A DNA stretch of 64,000 bases from Deltaproteobacteria bacterium (GTDB lineage Bacteria > Myxococcota > Kuafuiibacteriia > Kuafuiibacteriales > Kuafuiibacteriaceae): contig JAVJQW010000015.1 in the NCBI GenBank assembly GCA_040218735.1, forward strand, positions 64,001 through 128,000, read 5' to 3'. Below the pieces are notes generated by a model. The model was not told where the DNA came from, did not search any database, and saw only the letters and a program-made list of their open reading frames with translations. Positions 9,696 through 19,187 of the stretch are shown one piece after another (position 1 is the stretch's first letter; each line of letters begins with the position of its first letter). Both the position numbers and the translations under genes were made by a program.

Positions 9696-11206
9696 TTCGT
9701 TTCTCCTCGTTCTTTCAGCTGTCGCTTGAGGATCTTGCCGGCGGCGTTTCGAGGAAGCGCGTCGACGAAGATCACTGATTTGGGAACCTTGAATTTGGCG
9801 AGCGCCGCGCGGCAGTGCGTGAGTACGTCGTCCTCGCTCATTTGCACGCCGGGGCGTGTCACGACGAACGCACGACCGACCTCGCCCCATCGATCGTCGG
9901 ACACGCCGACGACCGCGACCTCGACCACGCCGTCGAGCTCGTACAGGGCGTTCTCGACTTCGGCCGGGTAGACGTTCTCGCCGCCGCTGATGAACATGTC
10001 CTTCCAGCGGTCGACGATGAAGTAGTAACCGTCCTCATCGCGGCGGGCGGCGTCGCCGGTGCCGAGCCACCCACCCGCCGAGAACGCAGCGGCGTCGGCG
10101 TCGGGCCGGTGCCAGTAACCTGGCGTGACATTGGGGCCGCGGACACACAACTCACCTACGACGTTCGCCCCGTCGATGCGCTCGCCGTCGGCGGTGCGCA
10201 GCTCGACCTCGGTGTGCAGCGCCGGGAGTCCCGCCGAGCCGAGTTTGTCCTTCGCGCGCTCCGTGTCGAGGACGAGCACGGTGGGGCTCGTCTCGGTCAT
10301 GCCGTACCCCTGCTGCATCGGGACGCCCTTCGCGGACCACTGCTCGAGCATCGCGAGCGGGCAGGGCGCGCCGCCGACACCGGCGGTGACGAGTGAGAGT
10401 CGAGCGTCCGTGAACCCGGGTTGCTCGGCCAGGAACTGGTAGTGCGCCGGGACGCCGAAGAAGTGCGTGACGCCGAGCGCGGCGTTCGCGAGGTGGCGGA
10501 GCGCTTCGGCCGGGTCCCAGCTGCGGAGTACGAGGTTCGTCCCGCCGGCGTGGAAGACCACGTTCGCGTAGCAGTTGAGGCCGCCGGTGTGGAACAGCGG
10601 GAGCGCGACGAGGTGGACGCTGTCGCGCGTGATGCGCGCGGGCACCGCGAGGTTGATCGCGTTGTAGAAGGTCATCGCGTGCGTGACGCGCGCGCCCTTC
10701 GGGGTGCCGGTGGTTCCGGCGGTGTAGAGGAGCGTCCCGGTCTCGTCGAGCGTGGGTTCGTGCCGGTCCGGCGCGCCGCCGTCGGCTATCGCGGCTTCGT
10801 AGGCGGAGGGCCCGCCGCGGCCGGTGGTGCGGAGCGTCGGGGCGTCGATGGCTTCGGCGAGCTGCGTGAGCTCTTCGTCGAGCACGAGCAAGCTGGGTTG
10901 CGCATCGTTCGCGATCGTTGTGATCTCGCGGGCGGAGAGGCGCCAGTTCAGCGGGACGAAGATCGCGCCGACCCGCCAGCACGCGAACTGCACCTCGAAC
11001 ACGTCCGAGCTGTTGTACGCGAGCATCGCGATGCGCTGACCGGGCTGAATCCCGGTGGACTGGAAGTGGCGGGCGAGGGCGTCGACGCGGCGGTGCAGGG
11101 TCCGGTAGTCGAAGTGACGATCCGAGGCGAGGTCGTGCACCGCCACGTGGTCGGGGCGGCGGACGGCGTAGTGCGCTATCCAGTCGTAGAAGCGATCAGA
11201 CGGCAC
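9692..11206 (-). CDS. Acyl-CoA synthetase (AMP-binding, FadD/MenE-like)
   Basis: YTAGTTGTPKG, QGYGMTET, TGD, DRWKDMFISGGENVYPAEVE and PRNAAGKILK motifs. Confidence 0.9.
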   Translation of the reverse strand: MPSDRFYDWIAHYAVRRPDHVAVHDLASDRHFDYRTLHRRVDALARHFQSTGIQPGQRIAMLAYNSSDVFEVQFACWRVGAIFVPLNWRLSAREITTIANDAQPSLLVLDEELTQLAEAIDAPTLRTTGRGGPSAYEAAIADGGAPDRHEPTLDETGTLLYTAGTTGTPKGARVTHAMTFYNAINLAVPARITRDSVHLVALPLFHTGGLNCYANVVFHAGGTNLVLRSWDPAEALRHLANAALGVTHFFGVPAHYQFLAEQPGFTDARLSLVTAGVGGAPCPLAMLEQWSAKGVPMQQGYGMTETSPTVLVLDTERAKDKLGSAGLPALHTEVELRTADGERIDGANVVGELCVRGPNVTPGYWHRPDADAAAFSAGGWLGTGDAARRDEDGYYFIVDRWKDMFISGGENVYPAEVENALYELDGVVEVAVVGVSDDRWGEVGRAFVVTRPGVQMSEDDVLTHCRAALAKFKVPKSVIFVDALPRNAAGKILKRQLKERGETK

Positions 11207-12692
11207 TTGTCGCTCCCGATGTCGATTGGCGGCGGACGAGGGTCGCGACGCCGAGGAGGAGCACGGCGGTCACGGCGCCCGCGGACGCGGTAATGGACGG
11301 GTTGACCTGCACGAACGTCCGCCCGGCGAAGCCGAGGTAGTAGACGTAGAGCCCGAGGTGCACGCCGAGGCCGGCGACGGCCGAGGCCATGACGTCGCGT
11401 CGGTTCACTTCCTTCACGAAGATCCCGAACGTCAGCGGCGCGACGCTCGCGGCGACGACGCCGTACACACCGAACTGCGCGAAGAGGCCGACGAAGACGG
11501 GCGGGTCGAGCGCGATGACCAGCGCGATGACCCCCATCGCGCCGAGGATGTAGCGGCTCGCGGCGAGCGCCTTTTCGGCGCGTTCGTCCTGCGACATCTT
11601 CGAGAAGAACTTGTCGCCGAGCGCGCCCAGGAAGAGGTCGTTGCCCGCGATCGACGAGGCCGAAACGAGGATGCCGTCCATCGTGCTCATCCCGGCGGCG
11701 AGGAGCGCGATGCTGATCGGGACGCCGAGGAGCGGGGCGAAGGTCTCCTTGATGTACGTCGCCATCACCGCGTCCTGCGCGCCGAGGTTCGGCAACGTGA
11801 CGCGGGCGTAGAGGCCGGCGAACAACATACACGCGAAGATGAGACCCACCGACGCGCCGACGAGGAGGTAGCGGTTCAGGTCGCGCTCGCTCCGTACGTA
11901 GAGCGCCTTCGTCAGGATGTGCGGCTGACAGACGAGCCCGAAGCCGACGATGAACGGGGTGATGAGGACCTCCCAGACGTCGCTGTAGAGGGGGCTCTTC
12001 GGGTTGAACGCCTTGACGAGGTTCGGATCCTGGGCGGCGATCTTGTCCAGGAACGGACCGACGCCGTCCGAGAGGAGCGGCAGGCCGCTACCGACGATCA
12101 GGACCGCGACGCCGATCATCAGCACGCCCTGGAAGAAGTTCGTGTACGCGTGGGCGTACGTCCCGCCGATCAGGATGTACGTGAAGACGAACAGCGTGAT
12201 GACGACGACGGAGGCGACGTAGCCGAGCCCGAGCGTCGCGACCATCACCAGCGCGGAGCCCTTGATGATGAGGACGACGAAGCTGATCGCGAGGAAGAGG
12301 TTCACGATCGCGAAGAAGGTCCGGAGCGCCGCGCTGTCGTAGCGCGCGCCGACCCAGTGCGGGAGCGTGAGCGCGGAGGTCTGGTCGCCGTGCCGGCGGA
12401 AGCCCTTCGAGAGGACGATGAGCCCGATCGTCACGCCGGACGTCGCGGCGAGGCCGAAGTGCATCAGCGCGCTGACGCCGTGGACATAAACGAAGCCGGG
12501 GTTGATGACGAACGTGGCGGTGCTCGCGACGGAGGACGCGAGCGTCACGCCGACCAGCACCGGACCCATGTCCTTGTTGCCGATCGCGTAGCCCGCGAGC
12601 GAGGTCGTCTTCTTCATGCCGCGCAGCGCGAGCAACGAAGTGACGACGACGTACGTGAGGAAGAGCCCCCACGCGAACACCATTCCGCTCAC
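11196..12692 (-). CDS. Sodium:solute symporter family protein
   Basis: About 13 TM segments; PHILTK and AAGMSTMDG SSS motifs. Confidence 0.85.
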   Translation of the reverse strand: MSGMVFAWGLFLTYVVVTSLLALRGMKKTTSLAGYAIGNKDMGPVLVGVTLASSVASTATFVINPGFVYVHGVSALMHFGLAATSGVTIGLIVLSKGFRRHGDQTSALTLPHWVGARYDSAALRTFFAIVNLFLAISFVVLIIKGSALVMVATLGLGYVASVVVITLFVFTYILIGGTYAHAYTNFFQGVLMIGVAVLIVGSGLPLLSDGVGPFLDKIAAQDPNLVKAFNPKSPLYSDVWEVLITPFIVGFGLVCQPHILTKALYVRSERDLNRYLLVGASVGLIFACMLFAGLYARVTLPNLGAQDAVMATYIKETFAPLLGVPISIALLAAGMSTMDGILVSASSIAGNDLFLGALGDKFFSKMSQDERAEKALAASRYILGAMGVIALVIALDPPVFVGLFAQFGVYGVVAASVAPLTFGIFVKEVNRRDVMASAVAGLGVHLGLYVYYLGFAGRTFVQVNPSITASAGAVTAVLLLGVATLVRRQSTSGATSAV

Positions 12693-13720
12693 GCTGCTTC
12701 ACCCTTCTTGGTGACGAGCGCGTCGGTGAGTCGGACGGCGACACCTGCCTGGTTGAGCCCGACGCCGGAGCCGATGAGCACGATGAGGTCACCCGCCTTG
12801 GCGCGTCCGCCGCGGATGGCTTCGTCGAGCGCCATCGGGATGCACGCCGAGCCGGTGTACCCATACTGACCCATGATCATTTCGGCCTTCTCGATGGGTT
12901 GGCCCAGCGCGTCCATCGCTTTTGCGATCGTGCCTTCGTTGACTTGGGTGAAGACGAAGCGATCGACGTCTGCGACGTTGAAGTCGTTCTCGGCGGCGAG
13001 GGTGCGGACGAGGTTCGGCCAGCCGTCGTCGTTGAGCTCGGGCGGGTAACGTTCGTACATCCGCACCTGGGTGCGGCCTTCGCGGACGCTCTCTTCGGAC
13101 GCGGGCTCGGCGGTGCCGCCGCTGAGGATCGCCCAGTTCTTTGCGTAGGCGCCGTCGGCGTGGAACGCGGCGCCGAGGATGCCGGGTTCGTCGCTCGCGC
13201 ACAGCAGCGCGGCACCCGCGCCGTCGCCGTAGAAGAACGAGATGGGATCGTCCTCGGGGGCGAGTCGGTGCATGAGGTACGCACCGACGACGAGCACGTT
13301 CTTGATCGACGGGTTCGTGGCGATGAGTCCGGTGCCCGCGGCGACCGCCGTGGGGAACGACGCGCAGGCGCAGCCGATGTCGAACGTGCCGGCGTTCTTC
13401 GCGCCGAGCTTGTCTTGGACGACGACGGAGGTCGCGGGGGTGAGGTAGTCGGGGGAGTCGGTGCCGACGAGGATCAGGTCGACCTCGGACGGAGCGACGT
13501 TGGCGCGAGCGAGCGCGTCTTGGCAGGCGCGCACCGCGAGGTCGGAGGTCGCCCAGCTGTCGGGTGCGTAGAAGCGGGTGCGGATGCCCGTCTTCGACTC
13601 CATCTTGGCCACGAAGTCGGGGTGCTGCGCTGCAAACCGCTCCGAGAGCCGCTCATTGGTGCACTCGAGCTCGGGAACGCACATGCCCGTCGCCCGAATT
13701 GCGGCGCTGCGGAACTTCAT
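12689..13720 (-). CDS. 3-oxoacyl-ACP synthase III (FabH)-like protein with atypical active site
   Basis: KTGIRTR, DIGCACASF (catalytic Cys) and GDGAGA are present; the usual HQAN is FTQVN and the usual GNTS is GYTG. Confidence 0.85.
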   Translation of the reverse strand: MKFRSAAIRATGMCVPELECTNERLSERFAAQHPDFVAKMESKTGIRTRFYAPDSWATSDLAVRACQDALARANVAPSEVDLILVGTDSPDYLTPATSVVVQDKLGAKNAGTFDIGCACASFPTAVAAGTGLIATNPSIKNVLVVGAYLMHRLAPEDDPISFFYGDGAGAALLCASDEPGILGAAFHADGAYAKNWAILSGGTAEPASEESVREGRTQVRMYERYPPELNDDGWPNLVRTLAAENDFNVADVDRFVFTQVNEGTIAKAMDALGQPIEKAEMIMGQYGYTGSACIPMALDEAIRGGRAKAGDLIVLIGSGVGLNQAGVAVRLTDALVTKKGEAA

Positions 13721-13901
13721 GGGGCAGAGATACGCTTCTTGGTTTTGCTCTGCAACATCTACGAACGCGCACGGTGACGATTCGGCGTATGCATGAGGGT
13801 TGTGGGTTCAAGATATTACGCGCTGCAGCATGACGCGGAGCGTTGTCGATGTTGCGGTGCGAACAAGCCGAGACTACGCCGCCTCGGTATAAAGGCGGCC
13901 C

Positions 13902-15071
13902 GTGCTGACGATCGATACCAAACGCGCGCGGCGCCTCGCGCTCGCACGCACCGGGCTGCTCGCTCCGAAGTGGTCGGGGCTCCCCGCGCGTGCGCCGAAG
14001 AACGAGGCGGGTGCGCGCGAAGCCGCCTACGCCGTGATGCGCAGGTTCGGTTACCTCCAGCTCGACACCGTCTCGATCGCCGGCGCGCGCAGTCACGTGA
14101 TCGTGTTGCTGTCGCGGCTTCGCGGTTTTGATCCGTCGCTCGGGGAAGCGCTCCTGCAGCCAGGGGCGCCGGTCTTCGAGTACTGGGGCCACGAGGCGTG
14201 CTGGCTCCCGCTCGAGCTCTACCCGCACTTCGCGTTTCGTCGCGAGCGCCTCGGTGTGCATCCGTGGTGGGGCGACCTGCTCACCGAGCACCCGGACGTC
14301 GCCGAACGTCTGCGCGCGCAGCTGCGATCCGAAGGCCCGCTTCGCTCCGTCGACATGGAGGGGCAGGGCGGTGCCGGGTGGTGGAACCTGAAGCTCGCGA
14401 AGAAGATCGCGACCGCGATGTGGATGTCCGGCGAGCTCGCGATCCGCGAACGCGTCAACTTCCTCCGGACCTACGATCTCACCGAACGCGTCGTCCCGAG
14501 CGCGGTGCGAAGGAAGAAGGTCTCCCGCGAAGAGTCGCTCGAGACGTTGATGTTACTCGCGGTGAGCGGTCAGGGCTGGACCTCGCGCCGCACGGTCCAA
14601 GAGACGTGGCGCCTGAGGAACATGAAGAAGGACATCGACGACGCGCTCGATCGCCTCGTCGAACGCGGCGCGCTCGTTCGCTGCGCGCTGCACGACCCAA
14701 AGAGGCATGGGTTCGTTCGCCCCGAAGATCTCGAGCTCGCCGACCGCCTCGTGCGGCTGCGCCCACGCGAGGACACCGGAGTCTTGCTCTCACCGTTCGA
14801 CCCACTGCTGTGGGATCGCCAGCGTGTCATGGATCTCTTTGGGTTCGAGCAGGTGCTGGAGATCTTCAAACCCGCGCCGCAACGTAAGTACGGATATTAC
14901 TGTCTACCGGTGCTCGCGGGGGAGCGACTCGTCGCGCGGGTCGATCTCAAGGCGGACCGAAAGCAAGGCCGCTTGCACGTCCTCGCGTGTCACCACGAAT
15001 CCCCGAAGAACGAAGAGGCCACGGCGACCGCGCTCGAACGCTACGCGGACGCGGTCGAGCTCGCGACCTGA
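13902..15071 (+). CDS. ycaQ: YcaQ-family (HTH_42) DNA interstrand-crosslink glycosylase
   Basis: QLDT (QxD) motif, FEYWGHEAC, LLSPFDPLLWDR and RKYGYYCLPVL. Confidence 0.8.
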   Translation: MLTIDTKRARRLALARTGLLAPKWSGLPARAPKNEAGAREAAYAVMRRFGYLQLDTVSIAGARSHVIVLLSRLRGFDPSLGEALLQPGAPVFEYWGHEACWLPLELYPHFAFRRERLGVHPWWGDLLTEHPDVAERLRAQLRSEGPLRSVDMEGQGGAGWWNLKLAKKIATAMWMSGELAIRERVNFLRTYDLTERVVPSAVRRKKVSREESLETLMLLAVSGQGWTSRRTVQETWRLRNMKKDIDDALDRLVERGALVRCALHDPKRHGFVRPEDLELADRLVRLRPREDTGVLLSPFDPLLWDRQRVMDLFGFEQVLEIFKPAPQRKYGYYCLPVLAGERLVARVDLKADRKQGRLHVLACHHESPKNEEATATALERYADAVELAT

Positions 15072-15847
15072 TCCTCCGTGCGCGGCCGGCGCGCCGCGAG
15101 GCGCTGCGCGAACGACGGGGCGAACGGATACAACATCTCGGTCCAGAACCCGAAGGGCTCGCCATTCTCCTCGATGCCCGTCGCGACGACCTCACCGCGG
15201 ACCGGCCAGCGCGCGGTCCTGAAGACGACGTCCCAGACCGTGAGCGTGTGACCGTAGTTTCCGCGCTCCGTCACGCCGTGGTGGATGCGGTGGTACGCGG
15301 GGTTCACGATGATGTGGTCGAGCCACCCGAGCGAGAGGTCGTGGCTCGAGTGCTGGTAGAAGTTCGCGAGGCTGAAGAACAGCATGTAGAGCTGGATGAC
15401 CCACAGCTCGAAGCCGAGCGCAGCGAGCAGCGCGGCGGCGATGGCGCTCCCCACCAACACCTCGAAGCCGTGCACGTGTGCCACGAGCCACATGTCGAAG
15501 TGGCGTTCACGGTGGTGCTGGAAGTGAAAGCGCCACAGCGTCGAAGACACGTGCTTCACGAAGTGCACGGCCCAGTAGAAGAGCTCGGCGACCAGGAAAC
15601 ACGCGGCCACCTGGAGGACGGGCACCGTGCTCCAGTCCACGAACGACGGCACCAACGATCGCACGTACGCGCTGACGATCTGGAGCGCGACCATCGTCGC
15701 GAGCGACGCGATCAGGTAGCTGACGTTGCGGCGACGCCGCGCGGAAGGCCGCGTCAGCTCGATACGAAGGGTTCGATTCCTCAGCTCCGACCCGAGCAAC
15801 CCGAGGGTGCCCACGGCCAGAACTGCTGTGTGCCAAGACCACGACAT
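15041..15847 (-). CDS. Sterol desaturase/fatty acid hydroxylase family membrane protein
   Basis: His boxes YWAVHFVKH, WRFHFQHH, FYQHS and HRIHH; GNYG...WDVVFRT. Confidence 0.85.
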   Translation of the reverse strand: MSWSWHTAVLAVGTLGLLGSELRNRTLRIELTRPSARRRRNVSYLIASLATMVALQIVSAYVRSLVPSFVDWSTVPVLQVAACFLVAELFYWAVHFVKHVSSTLWRFHFQHHRERHFDMWLVAHVHGFEVLVGSAIAAALLAALGFELWVIQLYMLFFSLANFYQHSSHDLSLGWLDHIIVNPAYHRIHHGVTERGNYGHTLTVWDVVFRTARWPVRGEVVATGIEENGEPFGFWTEMLYPFAPSFAQRLAARRPRTEDQVASSTASA

Positions 15848-16062
15848 GGATGTGACATTCAGGAAAACGGACGGACCCCGATCTATCCAGCGCCGCCGTG
15901 TGACACCTGAATCCGCGCTCGTACGAAGCACGAAAACCCAAAGCGTTCCGATGGCTTCGTCGTTTGTGACAATTCGCTCGAGCGGGGTCGTGAGCGCGGC
16001 GAGACGATCCCTTTACAACCTCTTTACCCCTCCCTTCGACGCGTTCCCCTAGCGTCGATCCC

Positions 16063-17868
16063 ATGAAGCGCATCGCATTCGCGGCCGTCGCCGCCGCCCT
16101 CTTCGTCACCCTCCCCGCCGTCGCGAAGCGACGCCCCACCGCCGAACAACCGTCCCACGGACGCCGCGCTGCGCAGCGCGGCCTCGACTTCCTCGCCAAG
16201 TCGACACCCGCTTGGCAGGCCCAACACAAGTGCTACGGCTGCCACGTTCAGGCGGTCACGATGCAGGCGATCTCGACCGCCGTTCGTAACGACTACGGCG
16301 TGACCCGCGAATTCGTCGACGACGTGCTCGCCGGCCTCACCACGGTGAAGGGCGGCGTTCGCTCGCAGCACGGCCTCTCGCACAGCGGCGGTCGCGAAGC
16401 GGGTGAGGCCAAGGCGTACGGAGGCTCGGCGCTCGCGGCGTTCGACCAGTACGTCAGCAACCGCGCCACCGAAGATCTGCTCACCGCCGCGCGCCGCCTC
16501 CTCGAACACCAGCAGGACGACGGCTCCGTGCACACCGACGTCGCGCGGTTCCCGGTCTCGCCGTCGACGATCCACACGACCTACCGCGCCGTGCAGACCT
16601 GGCGACAAGCGTACGCGCGCTCGGCCGACGACGCGTGGCGCGCGCCGCTCCGTCGCGGAGAAGAGTTCCTCTCGCGGAAGGCCGAGGAGCTCCTCGCTGC
16701 GAAGGCCAAGGCGTCGCTGCTCGACCTGAACTTCGTCGCGCTCGGCCTCGTCGAGGCCGGCGTCGGAGCGAGCGAGGCGCACCCGGCCGCCATCGCGAAG
16801 ATCCTCCGCGACAGGCAGCGCGACGACGGCGCGTGGGCGTTCACGAAGCGCTCGCCCGGGCAGCCGTCGCCCTACGCTACCGGTCAGACGCTCTACACGC
16901 TGCGCATGCTCGGCGTCGGCGAGGGTGATTCGGCGATCACGCGCGGTACGCGCTGGCTGGTGAAGAACCAGCGGGACGACGGCGCGTGGTCGAGCGGGGG
17001 CACCGCGAAGGCCGAAGCGATGTGGGCGGTGCTCGGGCTCGTATCGATCGACGTCGTCGGCCTCGACATCGCCGGCGTCCGCGACGGGGATCGCGTCGAC
17101 GGACAGCGCACGTTCACGGCGGTCGCGACCGACAACCACGGCACCGAGGTCGACAAGATCGAAGTCTTCGTCGACGACGTCCTCGTCCACACCGCGAAGG
17201 GCGATCGCGCGCGATTCACCCTCGACGCCGAGAAGCTCGAGGTCGGACCGAACCTCGTCGACGTCGTCGCGACCAACCGCGCCAAGAAGTCCGGCCGCCG
17301 CCGGTTCACGGTCTACGCGGGCGACTACTACCTCACCGACGTCGGCAGTCGCTTCGAGAAGGGCGGCACTTCGATCGGGCTGCGCAACCTCGGCGGCCAG
17401 GGTGCGAAGGTCCGTCTGCAGGTGCTCGACGGGGACAAGGTCGTGCACACCTCGGTGCAGCCCTCGAAGTCCGGGGCGATGCGCTTCGTCTTCAAGCCGA
17501 AGAAGGACCCGGGCGCCGATACGACTTACCGCGCGCGCCTCGCGTACGTGGCGAAGGACCGAGCGCTGCAGACGGTCGAGCACACCTTCGTGCACGCATC
17601 GGCCGCGGCGCAGCGGCGACGCTACGGCGAGGTGCAGGGCCAGCTCACCTCCGGCGAGAAGAGCCTCGCCAACACCTGGATTGAGCTCGTCGACGACGAC
17701 GGTCGCGTGGTCCGCCGCACGCGCAGCACACGCTCCGGTCAGTACCGCTTCAAGAACGTCGACCAGGGCAAGTACAAGGTCCGCATCAACAAACGCGGGT
17801 ACGAGTCCTGGGAGAACGAGGTCGACGTGCAGCGCGGCACCGAGGCCGCCAACAACGTCGACCTCTAG
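16063..17868 (+). CDS. Secreted prenyltransferase/squalene-cyclase-repeat barrel protein with CxxCH, Ig-like and carboxypeptidase-regulatory-like domains
   Basis: Signal peptide; CYGCH; QW-type repeats QQDDGSV and QRDDGAW (twice); C-terminal TRSGQYRFKNVDQGKYKVRI. Confidence 0.7.
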   Translation: MKRIAFAAVAAALFVTLPAVAKRRPTAEQPSHGRRAAQRGLDFLAKSTPAWQAQHKCYGCHVQAVTMQAISTAVRNDYGVTREFVDDVLAGLTTVKGGVRSQHGLSHSGGREAGEAKAYGGSALAAFDQYVSNRATEDLLTAARRLLEHQQDDGSVHTDVARFPVSPSTIHTTYRAVQTWRQAYARSADDAWRAPLRRGEEFLSRKAEELLAAKAKASLLDLNFVALGLVEAGVGASEAHPAAIAKILRDRQRDDGAWAFTKRSPGQPSPYATGQTLYTLRMLGVGEGDSAITRGTRWLVKNQRDDGAWSSGGTAKAEAMWAVLGLVSIDVVGLDIAGVRDGDRVDGQRTFTAVATDNHGTEVDKIEVFVDDVLVHTAKGDRARFTLDAEKLEVGPNLVDVVATNRAKKSGRRRFTVYAGDYYLTDVGSRFEKGGTSIGLRNLGGQGAKVRLQVLDGDKVVHTSVQPSKSGAMRFVFKPKKDPGADTTYRARLAYVAKDRALQTVEHTFVHASAAAQRRRYGEVQGQLTSGEKSLANTWIELVDDDGRVVRRTRSTRSGQYRFKNVDQGKYKVRINKRGYESWENEVDVQRGTEAANNVDL

Positions 17869-17874
17869 CCGCGA

Positions 17875-18747
17875 CTACAACCCGCGCGCCCACTCCGGGC
17901 GCAGCGGGAGCTCGTTCGCGAGCGCGGCGTCGATCGCCGCGACGAGGCGCTCGCGATCGCGCGGGAGGCGCCCGCCGAGCGGCAGGTAGTTCGACGCGTG
18001 GTTCGTGCGGAACAGCGCGTCGGTCGGCCGCGCTTCGTCGATGAACGTTCGCAGCTCGCCAAGGAGCGCCATCGGTTCGGGGCGTTCGTAGCGCCCTCGG
18101 GTCTGGAGCGTCGCGAGCGGCGTCCCCGGCACGACCGTCATCGTGAGCGCCGCGAGGAACGCCGGGTTCATCGCGGTCGCCAACCGCGCCGAAGCGTGCG
18201 CGTGCTCGTCGGCGCGCTCCACGCCGCCCGCCCCGAGCAAGAAGATCGCCGACAGCGCCATCCCCGCCGCGTGCGCGCGCCGCGCGGCCTCGGTGTGTTC
18301 GTCGAACCCGGCGCCCTTCACGATGCGTTTCATCGTCGCGTCGTCACCCGACTCCGGACCGACGTACAAGAGCGACAGCCCGGCGTCGCGGAGCGTGCGT
18401 AGCTCGTCGTCGGACTTCGCGAGGACGTTCGTCGCCATCGCGTACGTGCTCACGCGACGGAGGTTCGGGAACGTGTCGCGGCACGCCTCGAGGATCGGCA
18501 TCCAGTGCGTCAGCGGCATGACGAGCGGGTCGCCGTCCGCGACGAAGACCTTGTCGACGTCCGCCTCGTAGTGGGCGCCCGCCGCCGCGATGTCTTCGAG
18601 CGTCTCCTCGAGCGGCCGGATCTCGAACGACTTGTCGCGGTACATGTCGCAGTACGTGCACTTGTTCCAGGAGCAACCGATCGTCGCCTGCAGGATGTAG
18701 CTGTTCGCCTCGCTGGGCGGACGGTAGAGGCGGCCGACGTAGCGCAT
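17875..18747 (-). CDS. Radical SAM protein of unknown function
   Basis: Start MRYVGRLYRPPSEA; CSWNKCTYC (CxxxCxxC); YVGPESG; FRTNHASNYL. Confidence 0.85.
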   Translation of the reverse strand: MRYVGRLYRPPSEANSYILQATIGCSWNKCTYCDMYRDKSFEIRPLEETLEDIAAAGAHYEADVDKVFVADGDPLVMPLTHWMPILEACRDTFPNLRRVSTYAMATNVLAKSDDELRTLRDAGLSLLYVGPESGDDATMKRIVKGAGFDEHTEAARRAHAAGMALSAIFLLGAGGVERADEHAHASARLATAMNPAFLAALTMTVVPGTPLATLQTRGRYERPEPMALLGELRTFIDEARPTDALFRTNHASNYLPLGGRLPRDRERLVAAIDAALANELPLRPEWARGL

Positions 18748-18749
18748 CG

Positions 18750-19187
18750 TCAGAGCACGATACCGAACCCGAGCGTCGGCACCACGGTGAATCGGTTCCA
18801 GGTCAGCCGCGCCCACGACGCGTCGGCGAACGCGCTCGCTCCCAACGCCACGCGCATCCATCGCCACCGCCACGCGAGGCCCCCGTACCCCCCGACGGGG
18901 AGCAGCAGTCGGGTCTGAACCCCGACCGTGACGAAGAAGCCGTCCGCGAGCGGCGTCTCGTAGCTCAGCGTCTGCGCGGACAGCGACGCCCCCACGTAGA
19001 GCCCCTCGATCGGGAGTGTCATCACGAGCTGCAGTTGCTCGACGAAGCGCACCGCGCCCGGCGTCGGCGCGACCAGCGCGTTCGGCACGTCGAAGTTCAC
19101 GAAAGTCCCGGGCGCCTCCGCGATCAGGTCGATGCGATCCACGCCGAACTGCGGCGGCGTGGCGAGGAGGAGCAGCGCTACAAACAC
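18750..19187 (-). CDS. Small exported/outer-membrane hypothetical protein
   Basis: GTG start overlapping the GDPD stop; beta-strand-rich; sits between two co-oriented genes. Confidence 0.55.
   Translation of the reverse strand: MFVALLLLATPPQFGVDRIDLIAEAPGTFVNFDVPNALVAPTPGAVRFVEQLQLVMTLPIEGLYVGASLSAQTLSYETPLADGFFVTVGVQTRLLLPVGGYGGLAWRWRWMRVALGASAFADASWARLTWNRFTVVPTLGFGIVL

Noticed and set aside
12689-13720. Housekeeping fabH
   Set aside because: The His/Asn catalytic residues are substituted and no fab/acp genes are adjacent, so no gene symbol was assigned.
17875-18747. Radical SAM as maturase of the RiPP
   Set aside because: About 24 kb from the cluster, with no SPASM/twitch Cys motif, no RRE and no adjacent peptide.
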